Shown here piece after piece: positions 1 through 6,996 of a stretch of 32,000 nt of DNA. A program made the translations under genes and the position numbers. The stretch covers positions 1,830,001 to 1,862,000 of the forward strand of contig NZ_CP195536.1 of NCBI RefSeq assembly GCF_051307035.1, read 5' to 3'. The DNA is from Psychrobacter sp. DM4 (lineage in GTDB: Bacteria; Pseudomonadota; Gammaproteobacteria; Pseudomonadales; Moraxellaceae). The first letter of the stretch is position 1, and each line of letters opens with the position of its first letter. The notes under the pieces were generated by a model. That model was not told where the DNA came from. It saw only the letters and a program-made list of their open reading frames with translations, and made no database searches.

Positions 1-338
1 TTTTGATTGCCGCCCAATCTTGGTGGTCTCACTTGTGCTCGAAACGGCTTTGTATCGATAAGCGCTTCAGAGTGATAAGAGCCCTTGTCAATTAAGCATT
101 GTGTCTTATTGTCTGAATTAGATTTTAAGGGGTGATTCTTTACCGCGTTGTGATGAAACTGCCAACTGATCCAAATATGGCTAAAGGCCTCTAACCCATC
201 AAAAGCAGCTGGCGTATCATAAGGCGTTATCATCTCTATTATGCTAGACATACCAACCAGATTTGGCTGCCTTGGTGTGCCAAACTTTTGTGATAAAGGC
301 GCACGGTGGTACCCTATAATTGGTGAAATATGAGCCAT
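1..338 (-). CDS. trmO: tRNA (t6A37) methyltransferase TrmO/TsaA (YaeB family), N-terminal part; the gene runs off the left edge
   Basis: Not in the ORF track. My translation of the minus strand from ATG 338..336 gives MAHISPIIGYHRAPLSQKFGTPRQPNLVG...FDGLEAFSHIWISWQFH...VRPPRLGGNQ. This matches the KFGxPRQP, GLEAFSHxW and RPPRLGGN motifs I recall from E. coli YaeB/TrmO. Confidence 0.8.
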   Translation of the reverse strand, partial: MAHISPIIGYHRAPLSQKFGTPRQPNLVGMSSIIEMITPYDTPAAFDGLEAFSHIWISWQFHHNAVKNHPLKSNSDNKTQCLIDKGSYHSEALIDTKPFRAQVRPPRLGGNQ

Positions 339-689
339 CTAAGATTGCCTTTTTTGATATTCGTACTAAAACTTAGCCGCTAGTCTTAAAAAAAACGCCT
401 TTAATACGATAAAACTTACTAACGATATTCTATTTTATCATGCTGAGCTGGCACGGCAGGACGGATTTTAGCCTTAAAATTTGTTATTATAGCGAACACT
501 ATCTATGACAGCTAAAATTACCGCTACTACTAGGTTAGCTACGTTGAAATTAGAAAATGTTGAGATAAAAACTAAAGGGCGGCGCTAAATACTAGATACA
601 CTACCCTGATAATACTTACAACGCATACTTAAGTAGATTAGGTTTAGGCCTGACTCATTTAAACATTGAAGAGAAGAAACGAGGACTTT

Positions 690-1463
690 ATGTCAAAACT
701 TCGCACTGAGACAGTCACAGAGGTTCATCACTGGAACGATTCGCTGTTTAGCATCAAAACCACGCGTGACGACGGTTTACGCTTTCGTAATGGTGAATTT
801 GCGATGATAGGTATGGTGATAGATGGAAGACCGCTACTACGTGCCTACTCTATTGCTAGTCCTAACTACGAAGATCATTTAGAGTTCTTTTCTATAAAAG
901 TTCCAGACGGTCCATTGACCTCACGCTTGCAACATATCAAAGTTGGCGATGAGCTATTAGTGAGCAAAAAGCCAACGGGCACCTTAGTATTAGATGACTT
1001 ATTACCTGGCAAGCATTTATACATGCTCTCAACAGGAACAGGTCTTGCACCCTTTTTATCATTGGCGCGCGATCCTGAAGTGTACGAGCGTTTTGAGAAG
1101 ATTATACTCGTACATGGTGTACGCCACCAGCATGACTTAGCTTATCGAGAGATGTTCGAAGAAGAGCTGCCTAATGATGAGCTGTTTGGTGAATGGTATC
1201 GCGAAAAGTTTATCTATTATCCGACGGTCACGCGCGAGGACTTCAGAAATACAGGGCGTATCACTGATTTGATGACCTCTGGTAAATTCTTTGAAGATAT
1301 TGGTTTGCCGCCGATGAACAAAGAGGATGATCGTGTCATGATATGTGGTAGCATGCCCTTTAACGCAGAGGTATCTGCTATTTTAGATGACTTCGGTCTG
1401 ACTGTCTCTCCACGTATGGGCGTACAAGCGGACTATGCGGTTGAACGTGCGTTTGTCGGCTAG
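690..1463 (+). CDS. fpr: ferredoxin/flavodoxin-NADP+ reductase
   Basis: ORF track 666..1463. The start is refined to ATG 690, with GAGGA at 681-685. RAYSIAS (FAD-binding RxYS) and MLSTGTGLAPF (NADP-binding GTGxAP) motifs are present, and the length of about 257 aa is typical of Fpr. Confidence 0.9.
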   Translation: MSKLRTETVTEVHHWNDSLFSIKTTRDDGLRFRNGEFAMIGMVIDGRPLLRAYSIASPNYEDHLEFFSIKVPDGPLTSRLQHIKVGDELLVSKKPTGTLVLDDLLPGKHLYMLSTGTGLAPFLSLARDPEVYERFEKIILVHGVRHQHDLAYREMFEEELPNDELFGEWYREKFIYYPTVTREDFRNTGRITDLMTSGKFFEDIGLPPMNKEDDRVMICGSMPFNAEVSAILDDFGLTVSPRMGVQADYAVERAFVG

Positions 1464-1509
1464 AGAGAGGTGTTTATTATAAAAACAGAGGCAGCTTAGC
1501 AAATAATTC

Positions 1510-1537
1510 TTGACGGTTACCTTTAGACTGCTATAAT
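1510..1537 (+). promoter_or_regulatory. sigma70-type promoter for tRNA-Leu
   Basis: TTGACG (1510-1515), a 16-nt spacer and TATAAT (1532-1537), followed by a GC-rich ACGCGCC discriminator. It lies about 60 nt upstream of the tRNA. Confidence 0.65.
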
Positions 1538-1601
1538 ACGCGCCTATACTGCTTAGCCTAATTCGATAATACTTGTGCGTTAATTATTATCCGCTTACAT
1601 G

Positions 1602-1688
1602 CCGGTGTGATGGAATTGGTAGACATGACGGATTCAAAATCCGTTGCCTTTATAAGCGTGTCGGTTCGAGTCCGACCACCGGTACCAA
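1602..1688 (+). tRNA. tRNA-Leu, anticodon CAA, class II with a long variable arm and encoded CCA
   Basis: I folded it by hand. The acceptor GCCGGTG pairs with CACCGGT (G1-U72 wobble). The anticodon stem is ACGGA/TCCGT with loop TTCAAAA. The T arm is GTCGG-TTCGAGT-CCGAC, and the 3' end is A-CCA. Confidence 0.93.
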
Positions 1689-1707
1689 TATGCAATATCA
1701 AATAAGC

Positions 1708-1730
1708 CTCCTACTTTGGAGGTTTTTTTG
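1708..1730. terminator. intrinsic terminator after tRNA-Leu, possibly also serving the convergent 87-aa gene
   Basis: CCTCC (1708-1712), a TACTTT loop and GGAGG (1719-1723), followed by T7 (1724-1730). The minus-strand ORF stops at 1751, just beside it. Confidence 0.7.
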
Positions 1731-1750
1731 TGCTTTTAAACCATAACTTA

Positions 1751-2014
1751 CTAACTTATACATTGAGTAGGCATGTCAACTTCTTCTTGTTTGACCGCCA
1801 TTATCTTGATAGGTACCGCGCATGTCCATGGTGTGCCTTGATCGCAGTAAAAGTATTGATCATCGCATGAGACTATGCAAGCCGTAAAATCATTACCACA
1901 ATGGTCCCTCATTGCTTGCTCATCACTATCATCATCGACCGCGCACCATATTTGCTCGTAACCCCATGCAATCATCGCACGTGTCAATTCACTTCCTATC
2001 AATTCGTTGTTCAT
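1751..2014 (-). CDS. hypothetical small acidic Cys-rich protein (87 aa, 7 Cys, no signal peptide)
   Basis: ORF track. A consensus AAGGAG Shine-Dalgarno (complement of 2021-2026) lies 6 nt upstream of the ATG. A shared hairpin terminator lies downstream. I recognise no family. Confidence 0.6.
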   Translation of the reverse strand: MNNELIGSELTRAMIAWGYEQIWCAVDDDSDEQAMRDHCGNDFTACIVSCDDQYFYCDQGTPWTCAVPIKIMAVKQEEVDMPTQCIS

Positions 2015-2174
2015 TGCTGGCTCCTTGATTTACTGTGTCTCAAGAAATTTACGCTTCCTTGACTCACTTCGGTTATAGTGCAAAATATGACATACAAGCT
2101 CTCTATGATTAAAAATCAATTAAGCGATAGTCTGAATAGTAATATGTTATCTCTAGTCTCAGTGTAGAACTTAG

Positions 2175-2276
2175 CTATAGTGACTGTAATAGTACAAACA
2201 TACTATTTATGACAAACGGTACAAAAATAGTGATAAATGGTATGTTGTTTTGTAAGAAGTATATTCTATAGACCAT
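2175..2276 (-). CDS. speculative 33-codon hydrophobic peptide ORF (MVYRIYFLQNNIPFITIFVPFVINSMFVLLQSL)
   Basis: My own translation; the ORF is below the track's length cutoff. The ATG (2276..2274) lies in the 3' arm of the perfect hairpin at 2263-2311, and the purine-rich AGGAATAAAGGGG sits in the loop. A TATAAT (complement of 2384-2389) lies about 100 nt upstream. AT-rich DNA can yield such ORFs by chance. Confidence 0.2.
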   Translation of the reverse strand: MVYRIYFLQNNIPFITIFVPFVINSMFVLLQSL

Positions 2277-2311
2277 TTAACCCCTTTATTCCTTTAAATG
2301 GTCTATAGAAT
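2263..2311. repeat. perfect 18-bp inverted repeat with a 13-nt spacer (strong hairpin)
   Basis: ATTCTATAGACCATTTAA (2263-2280) and TTAAATGGTCTATAGAAT (2294-2311) are exact reverse complements. No T-tract follows on either strand, so this is not a classical terminator. Confidence 0.9.
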
Positions 2312-2481
2312 GAGACTACCACTCTAGATTAAAGTCGATTACCCAAACTTTCTTACATAATTATTGCACTCACTTACACAGTCATTATATTCATATATAT
2401 CTATATAGAATACTACTATTTTTTTTAAACCCTCATTCATTTTCAAATAATTTTTGAATGAATGTGAAATTGATGACAATC

Positions 2482-2497
2482 CTGTATAGGTATACAA
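2482..2497. promoter_or_regulatory. LexA/SOS-box-like site upstream of dinB
   Basis: CTGTATAGGTATACAA matches the gammaproteobacterial CTGT-N8-ACAG consensus at 13 of 16 positions, with the last G replaced by A. It ends 7 nt before the dinB ATG and overlaps a TATACA -10-like hexamer. Confidence 0.45.
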
Positions 2498-2503
2498 GGC
2501 GTT

Positions 2504-3586
2504 ATGACCGCTTCTTTGGAACAAAATTTAAGAAAGATCATTCATCTAGATATGGATGCTTTTTATGCAAGTGTTGAACAGCGTGATTTTCCAGAGCTCC
2601 GAGGCAAGCCTCTTGCGGTTGGCGGCGATCCTAGCGGGCGCGGCGTGGTAGCTGCTGCCAGTTATGAGATACGACAATTTGGAGTACGCTCAGCGATGTC
2701 TTGTTATGAGGCTCGCAAGCGTTGTCCTGAAGCTATATTTGTCAGACCAAGGTTTGAGGTGTACCGCGCAGTGAGTACTGAGATTCGATCTATTATGCTA
2801 AGTCTCACGCCGAACGTTGAGCCTTTATCACTTGATGAAGCTTATTTGGATGTGACGGGTTTGTCTGTGCATCAAGGCTCAGCGACATTAATGGCGAACT
2901 GGTTGCGAGCTCGAATATTAGAGCAGACAGGGTTAAATGCCTCTGCTGGTGTATCATTTAACAAAATGTTAGCAAAGATTGCCTCTGATATTAACAAGCC
3001 TAACGGTACCGCTGTCATCACACCGGCCGAAGCTGATGCTTTTATTAGCACCTTACCGATTGAGCGTTTTCATGGTATCGGTAAAGCGACTGCCAAGCGT
3101 TTGCATGCTATGGGCGTCAGTAATGGTGCTGATCTTCGGCGCACGCCAGCAGCTACGTTAGTTAGTGAGTTTGGCAAGCGAGGACAGTTCTATCATGATA
3201 TCGCTCACGGTCGAGATGAACGCGCTGTCAAGTCCAAGCGCCAACACAAATCTGTTGGATCAGAGACTACTTTTAGAGATAATTTGAGCGATGATATCGC
3301 GCTGCGTGCACAAATATTTGAACAAAACGCGGATGCTTTTGGTCAATTGCAACAAAAGCGTCTGATTGCTTATACGATCACTTTAAAAATTAAGTACGCA
3401 GACTTTACTCAGATTACGCGTGCACATACCGTATCGACAGCTTTTGATAGTGCCGACTCTGCGCATTATTGGCTTGATAAATTATTTGGCGATATTCCAC
3501 GTGAGCTACCTATTAGGCTCGTTGGGGTGACTTACTCTTCTTTGATACCTGATACCCAAGTTATTCCACAGCTCAATTTGTTCTAG
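2504..3586 (+). CDS. dinB: DNA polymerase IV (Y-family translesion polymerase)
   Basis: ORF track. The N-terminal IIHLDMDAFYASVEQR and SLDEAYLDVT catalytic motifs are present. The 360-aa length is typical. Confidence 0.93.
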   Translation: MTASLEQNLRKIIHLDMDAFYASVEQRDFPELRGKPLAVGGDPSGRGVVAAASYEIRQFGVRSAMSCYEARKRCPEAIFVRPRFEVYRAVSTEIRSIMLSLTPNVEPLSLDEAYLDVTGLSVHQGSATLMANWLRARILEQTGLNASAGVSFNKMLAKIASDINKPNGTAVITPAEADAFISTLPIERFHGIGKATAKRLHAMGVSNGADLRRTPAATLVSEFGKRGQFYHDIAHGRDERAVKSKRQHKSVGSETTFRDNLSDDIALRAQIFEQNADAFGQLQQKRLIAYTITLKIKYADFTQITRAHTVSTAFDSADSAHYWLDKLFGDIPRELPIRLVGVTYSSLIPDTQVIPQLNLF

Positions 3587-3787
3587 TGGTCCCTAGCCTT
3601 TCTGACTAAAATATTCTGTATGTATTCAAATTTTTGTGATGATTACTTAGGCTATTTTATAGGTATTCTTGCCTACGCTTTTTCATATAGAGCTCAATAG
3701 CAGACAATAACCCTCTAGCAAAATCCTCTCTCATCATCTAATCTCTGCTACAATAATGCCGAAATTTTATCTCTCAAAAGACTGCTT

Positions 3788-4990
3788 ATGACCCACTCTC
3801 ACTCTACAGCTGACAACAGTACCGCGCTTGATGCAGACAAAAATAGTTTGGACTATTTGAGCGTCGATGATTACGACTATGCCTTGCCGGATCAGCTGAT
3901 TGCTCGCTATCCGCTTGCAAAGCGCTCAGCTTCTAAGCTGCTTCATTTAACCAGTCATAGTGACGTTAATGATGAGCTATTTACCGCATTACCTAATCTG
4001 TTGAATCCTGGCGATTTGATTGTCTTTAACGATACTAAAGTGATGAAAGCGCGTCTATTCGGTCAAAAAGATACGGGTGGTAAGATTGAGGTCCTTATCG
4101 AGCGTTTGATCGCTATCTCTGATTTAGATCTAGCATTTATGCATAGCAAGATCAACGCCGGACAGCATATTGCACTGTGTCACATCAAAGCCAGCAAAGC
4201 GCCAAAGATCGGTCAGCGTCTCTTGCTGGCAGAAAGTCATATGAGCGCTGTCATGATAGGTCGCCAAGACAATCTGTTTATTGTGGCTTTTGATGCGCCT
4301 ATTTTGCCTGACTTAGAACGCTATGGTGAACTACCTATCCCGCCCTACTTTGAGCGTCATGCCGATGCGACTGACAATGTTCGCTATCAGACTGTCTTTC
4401 ACGATCCTGCTAAGCTTGCTAGTGTTGCCGCGCCTACTGCCAGCTTACATTTTGATGAGACAGTGTTAGACCAGCTCAGAGTCAAAGGCATTAATACAGC
4501 CTTTGTTACTTTACACGTTGGCGCTGGAACCTTTGCCCCTGTCAAGACTGATAATTTGCTTAACCACAAGATGCATAGCGAATATGCGCATTTGCCACAA
4601 GCAACCGCTGACCTTATCAATCAGGCGCAGGCTTGTGGTAATAAAGTCATTGCTATTGGCACAACTGTGACACGCGTGCTTGAGACCGCTTATCAAAGAA
4701 CAGCTATTGATGGACAACCTCTTGCCAGCTGGTCTGGAGATACAGATATCTTTATTTATCCAGGATTTGAGTTTGGGGTTGTTGATCGACTATTGACTAA
4801 CTTTCATCTGCCAAAATCCACACTCCTTATGTTAGTCTCTGCTTTTTCGGGAAAAACTGCTATCGAACACGCTTATCAGCACGCTATAGAGCGCCATTAT
4901 CGATTCTTTAGTTATGGGGATGCTATGCTTCTAGATAGAGTGAGCGACTATAATTGCTCGATCTGTCCGTCCATCAACAGCACAAGATGA
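3788..4990 (+). CDS. queA: S-adenosylmethionine:tRNA ribosyltransferase-isomerase
   Basis: ORF track. DYDYALPDQLIARYPLAKRSASKLLHL matches the QueA N-terminus after an extension of about 25 aa. The C-terminal YRFFSYGDAMLL motif is present. Confidence 0.9.
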   Translation: MTHSHSTADNSTALDADKNSLDYLSVDDYDYALPDQLIARYPLAKRSASKLLHLTSHSDVNDELFTALPNLLNPGDLIVFNDTKVMKARLFGQKDTGGKIEVLIERLIAISDLDLAFMHSKINAGQHIALCHIKASKAPKIGQRLLLAESHMSAVMIGRQDNLFIVAFDAPILPDLERYGELPIPPYFERHADATDNVRYQTVFHDPAKLASVAAPTASLHFDETVLDQLRVKGINTAFVTLHVGAGTFAPVKTDNLLNHKMHSEYAHLPQATADLINQAQACGNKVIAIGTTVTRVLETAYQRTAIDGQPLASWSGDTDIFIYPGFEFGVVDRLLTNFHLPKSTLLMLVSAFSGKTAIEHAYQHAIERHYRFFSYGDAMLLDRVSDYNCSICPSINSTR

Positions 4991-4998
4991 GCTTAGGG

Positions 4999-5027
4999 TT
5001 GACACATTGCTCAGCTCTACCTAGAAA
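4999..5027 (+). promoter_or_regulatory. candidate sigma70 promoter for the FimV-like genes
   Basis: TTGACA (4999-5004), a 17-nt spacer and TAGAAA (5022-5027), about 70 nt upstream of ATG 5095. Confidence 0.4.
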
Positions 5028-5094
5028 TAAACTGGTAAACTAATCTTTATTTTGTTATAACATCGTAAGTGGTTTACATTCTAGAGGGTTATTC

Positions 5095-6951
5095 ATGTCT
5101 TGGTATTTATCTGATCGCTCAACCAATCTCCAACGTGCGGTATCGAGAGCGTTATTATACTCAGTAGGTTATGCGGTGCTCTCCTCTAGCACGCAAGCGG
5201 CAACTATTGGCAAAACTGTCATCAGCTCGCCCCAGTACCAACCACTTTTCGCTAGTATTTCGGTCACTGATATTCGTAACAAAGATTTTTCTGTTGATAT
5301 GGCAAGCACTTTGATTTATCAGCAGATGGGTATGTCGCCGACAGATTCTATGAGCGTCAATTTTGTATCCACATCAGCAACCACAGGTCAGCTGATTATT
5401 AGTACTACTGAGCCTGTATCCAAACCCTTTGCAGATTTAGTATTAGCGCTTAATGATGGCGATCAGCGTACTGTTGTCCCTAAAACCTTACTTATGCCGT
5501 TAGATGACAGCTTGCCTATAAAAGCGTCTAACTCTGAGTCTTCTAGTATTCAGATCCCAAATACCCAAGCCTTTAACACTGTGATATCGGGTGCAAAACA
5601 ACCAAACTTGCCTGCCACTTCTCTTAGTAATGCTACACCTTTAACGGTTAGAGCAGGTACACCGCCGCCACTGATGCCTACTTCTCACTCGTCGCTATCA
5701 GCGTCATTATCATCTAGTACCCAAGTAGCCGCTCAGCTTCCTGCTCAAACTGCCAATCCTTTAATATCAACGTCTATACCACGCGTAACGAATGGACTAA
5801 GTAGTCGAATAAAAAGTAGTCGAATAAATAACCAAGCCAATACTGAGCTAGACGCTGCAAGCCTAACGCGGACTACTGTTAACCGCTCAATTACTACCAG
5901 TTCAGTTAGTACTCAAGCGAGTAATGCTTCGATAGCTAACTCATCGCCAACTAGCAAAGAGACACTATTAGATAGAAGCATAATAAACAATGAGCTAAGT
6001 GCATCTACCGCTACAGGGGATGCTAATAAAGACAGTCGTACTGATAATGTAAGCTCTAATGCAGCCTTTACACATTCTAGTCTAATGACATCAAACGATG
6101 TAGCGACGGGCAAAGCGCCTAGCTCATTACTAGATACTTTATCATTACTAGATACTTTAAGCATTCAAGTCACTCGTCAGATTCAACCTAGTGTTGCGGC
6201 GCAATCTACAATAGCATCATCAGCGCCTTCAAAATCAGGCGATCCCTTAGCAGCTAATGCCAACAGCTCTGAGACTAAAACTTTAGCATCGTCAAACGAT
6301 CAAGAGTCTGTAGCGATTCCCCAAACCGCAGACTCCACCCCTACTAGCACCCGTTATACCGTACAACCTAACGATAACTTATGGGTTATATCACAGCAAA
6401 TTGCCCAGCAAAACAATTTGAGCATCAAGACGGTGATGGCTCAAATTAAAGCGCAAAACCCTAGTGCGTTTTTGAATAAAGATGCAGGACAACTCAGAGC
6501 CGACGCGCAACTCAATCTTTCTGAATATGATATTGTACCTTCTCAGCAAAAGTTGCAAGCGGCTATCGATGAGCAAAGACAATACATACGACATTCTAAT
6601 ACAGCAACAAAAGCACTATCCAAACCTACTACTGAACGCGTTGACGCTACAGGGCGTCAGAACCAGACAGCAACTATGAAAAAACTACCAAAAGCACGTT
6701 TTTCTGTCGTTGCTCCAGGTCGTGATGGTAATGCTGATGGCACTCAAACTGAAGCGAGTGCTCAAGCTGGAAATGGCTTGAATACGGATATACTATCTAC
6801 TCTCAAATCAACCAGACAAACGACTGCAGCCCAAGCCAAAAGCTTAGTTGACACCAACAGCACGCTTGGCAACTATACCCAAAAAATACAATTACAAAAT
6901 CAGAAGCTAGCAGAACTACAAGCTCGTCTAAAAGAGTTGCGTGATCAATAA
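5095..6951 (+). CDS. fimV: FimV-like protein, periplasmic part (signal peptide, FimV N-terminal region, S/T/N/Q-rich linker, LysM domain, terminal coiled coil); no membrane anchor
   Basis: ORF track. It has a signal-like N-terminus ending ...SSSTQAA. The LysM-like segment is YTVQPNDNLWVISQQIAQQNNLSIKTVMAQIKAQNP, and the end is LQNQKLAELQARLKELRDQ. It lies upstream of truA, as fimV does in Pseudomonas. Confidence 0.7.
   Translation: MSWYLSDRSTNLQRAVSRALLYSVGYAVLSSSTQAATIGKTVISSPQYQPLFASISVTDIRNKDFSVDMASTLIYQQMGMSPTDSMSVNFVSTSATTGQLIISTTEPVSKPFADLVLALNDGDQRTVVPKTLLMPLDDSLPIKASNSESSSIQIPNTQAFNTVISGAKQPNLPATSLSNATPLTVRAGTPPPLMPTSHSSLSASLSSSTQVAAQLPAQTANPLISTSIPRVTNGLSSRIKSSRINNQANTELDAASLTRTTVNRSITTSSVSTQASNASIANSSPTSKETLLDRSIINNELSASTATGDANKDSRTDNVSSNAAFTHSSLMTSNDVATGKAPSSLLDTLSLLDTLSIQVTRQIQPSVAAQSTIASSAPSKSGDPLAANANSSETKTLASSNDQESVAIPQTADSTPTSTRYTVQPNDNLWVISQQIAQQNNLSIKTVMAQIKAQNPSAFLNKDAGQLRADAQLNLSEYDIVPSQQKLQAAIDEQRQYIRHSNTATKALSKPTTERVDATGRQNQTATMKKLPKARFSVVAPGRDGNADGTQTEASAQAGNGLNTDILSTLKSTRQTTAAQAKSLVDTNSTLGNYTQKIQLQNQKLAELQARLKELRDQ
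5800..5829 (+). repeat. 15-bp tandem repeat x2 with 1 mismatch, in frame (SRIKS/SRINN)
   Basis: AGTAGTCGAATAAAA (5800-5814) is followed by AGTAGTCGAATAAAT (5815-5829). Confidence 0.85.
6124..6159 (+). repeat. perfect 18-bp tandem duplication, in frame (SLLDTL x2)
   Basis: TCATTACTAGATACTTTA occurs at 6124-6141 and again at 6142-6159. Confidence 0.9.
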
Positions 6952-6996
6952 TTGCCTCAACTATCAAGTTAATTGACTTGAATAGTTATCGTAGAC

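Noticed and set aside
2154-2318. 8-nt complementarity between the putative 5' UTR (TAGTCTCA) and 3' region (TGAGACTA) flanking the 33-codon ORF, reminiscent of hok-type 5'-3' pairing
   Set aside because: An 8-bp match within about 300 nt is expected by chance at appreciable frequency, and it does not extend.
1689-2503. Integrated mobile element at tRNA-Leu
   Set aside because: I looked for a direct repeat of the tRNA 3' end (GGTTCGAGTCCGACCACCGGTACCA or a part of it) and for integrase or excisionase ORFs, and found neither. Only the compositional anomaly remains, which is reported as a finding.
2339-2524. 61-aa minus-strand ORF overlapping the dinB start
   Set aside because: It is AT-rich with odd composition and overlaps the dinB start codon and SOS-like box. 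Its start would lie upstream of the only plausible minus-strand -10 (2389..2384). It is probably non-coding leader sequence.
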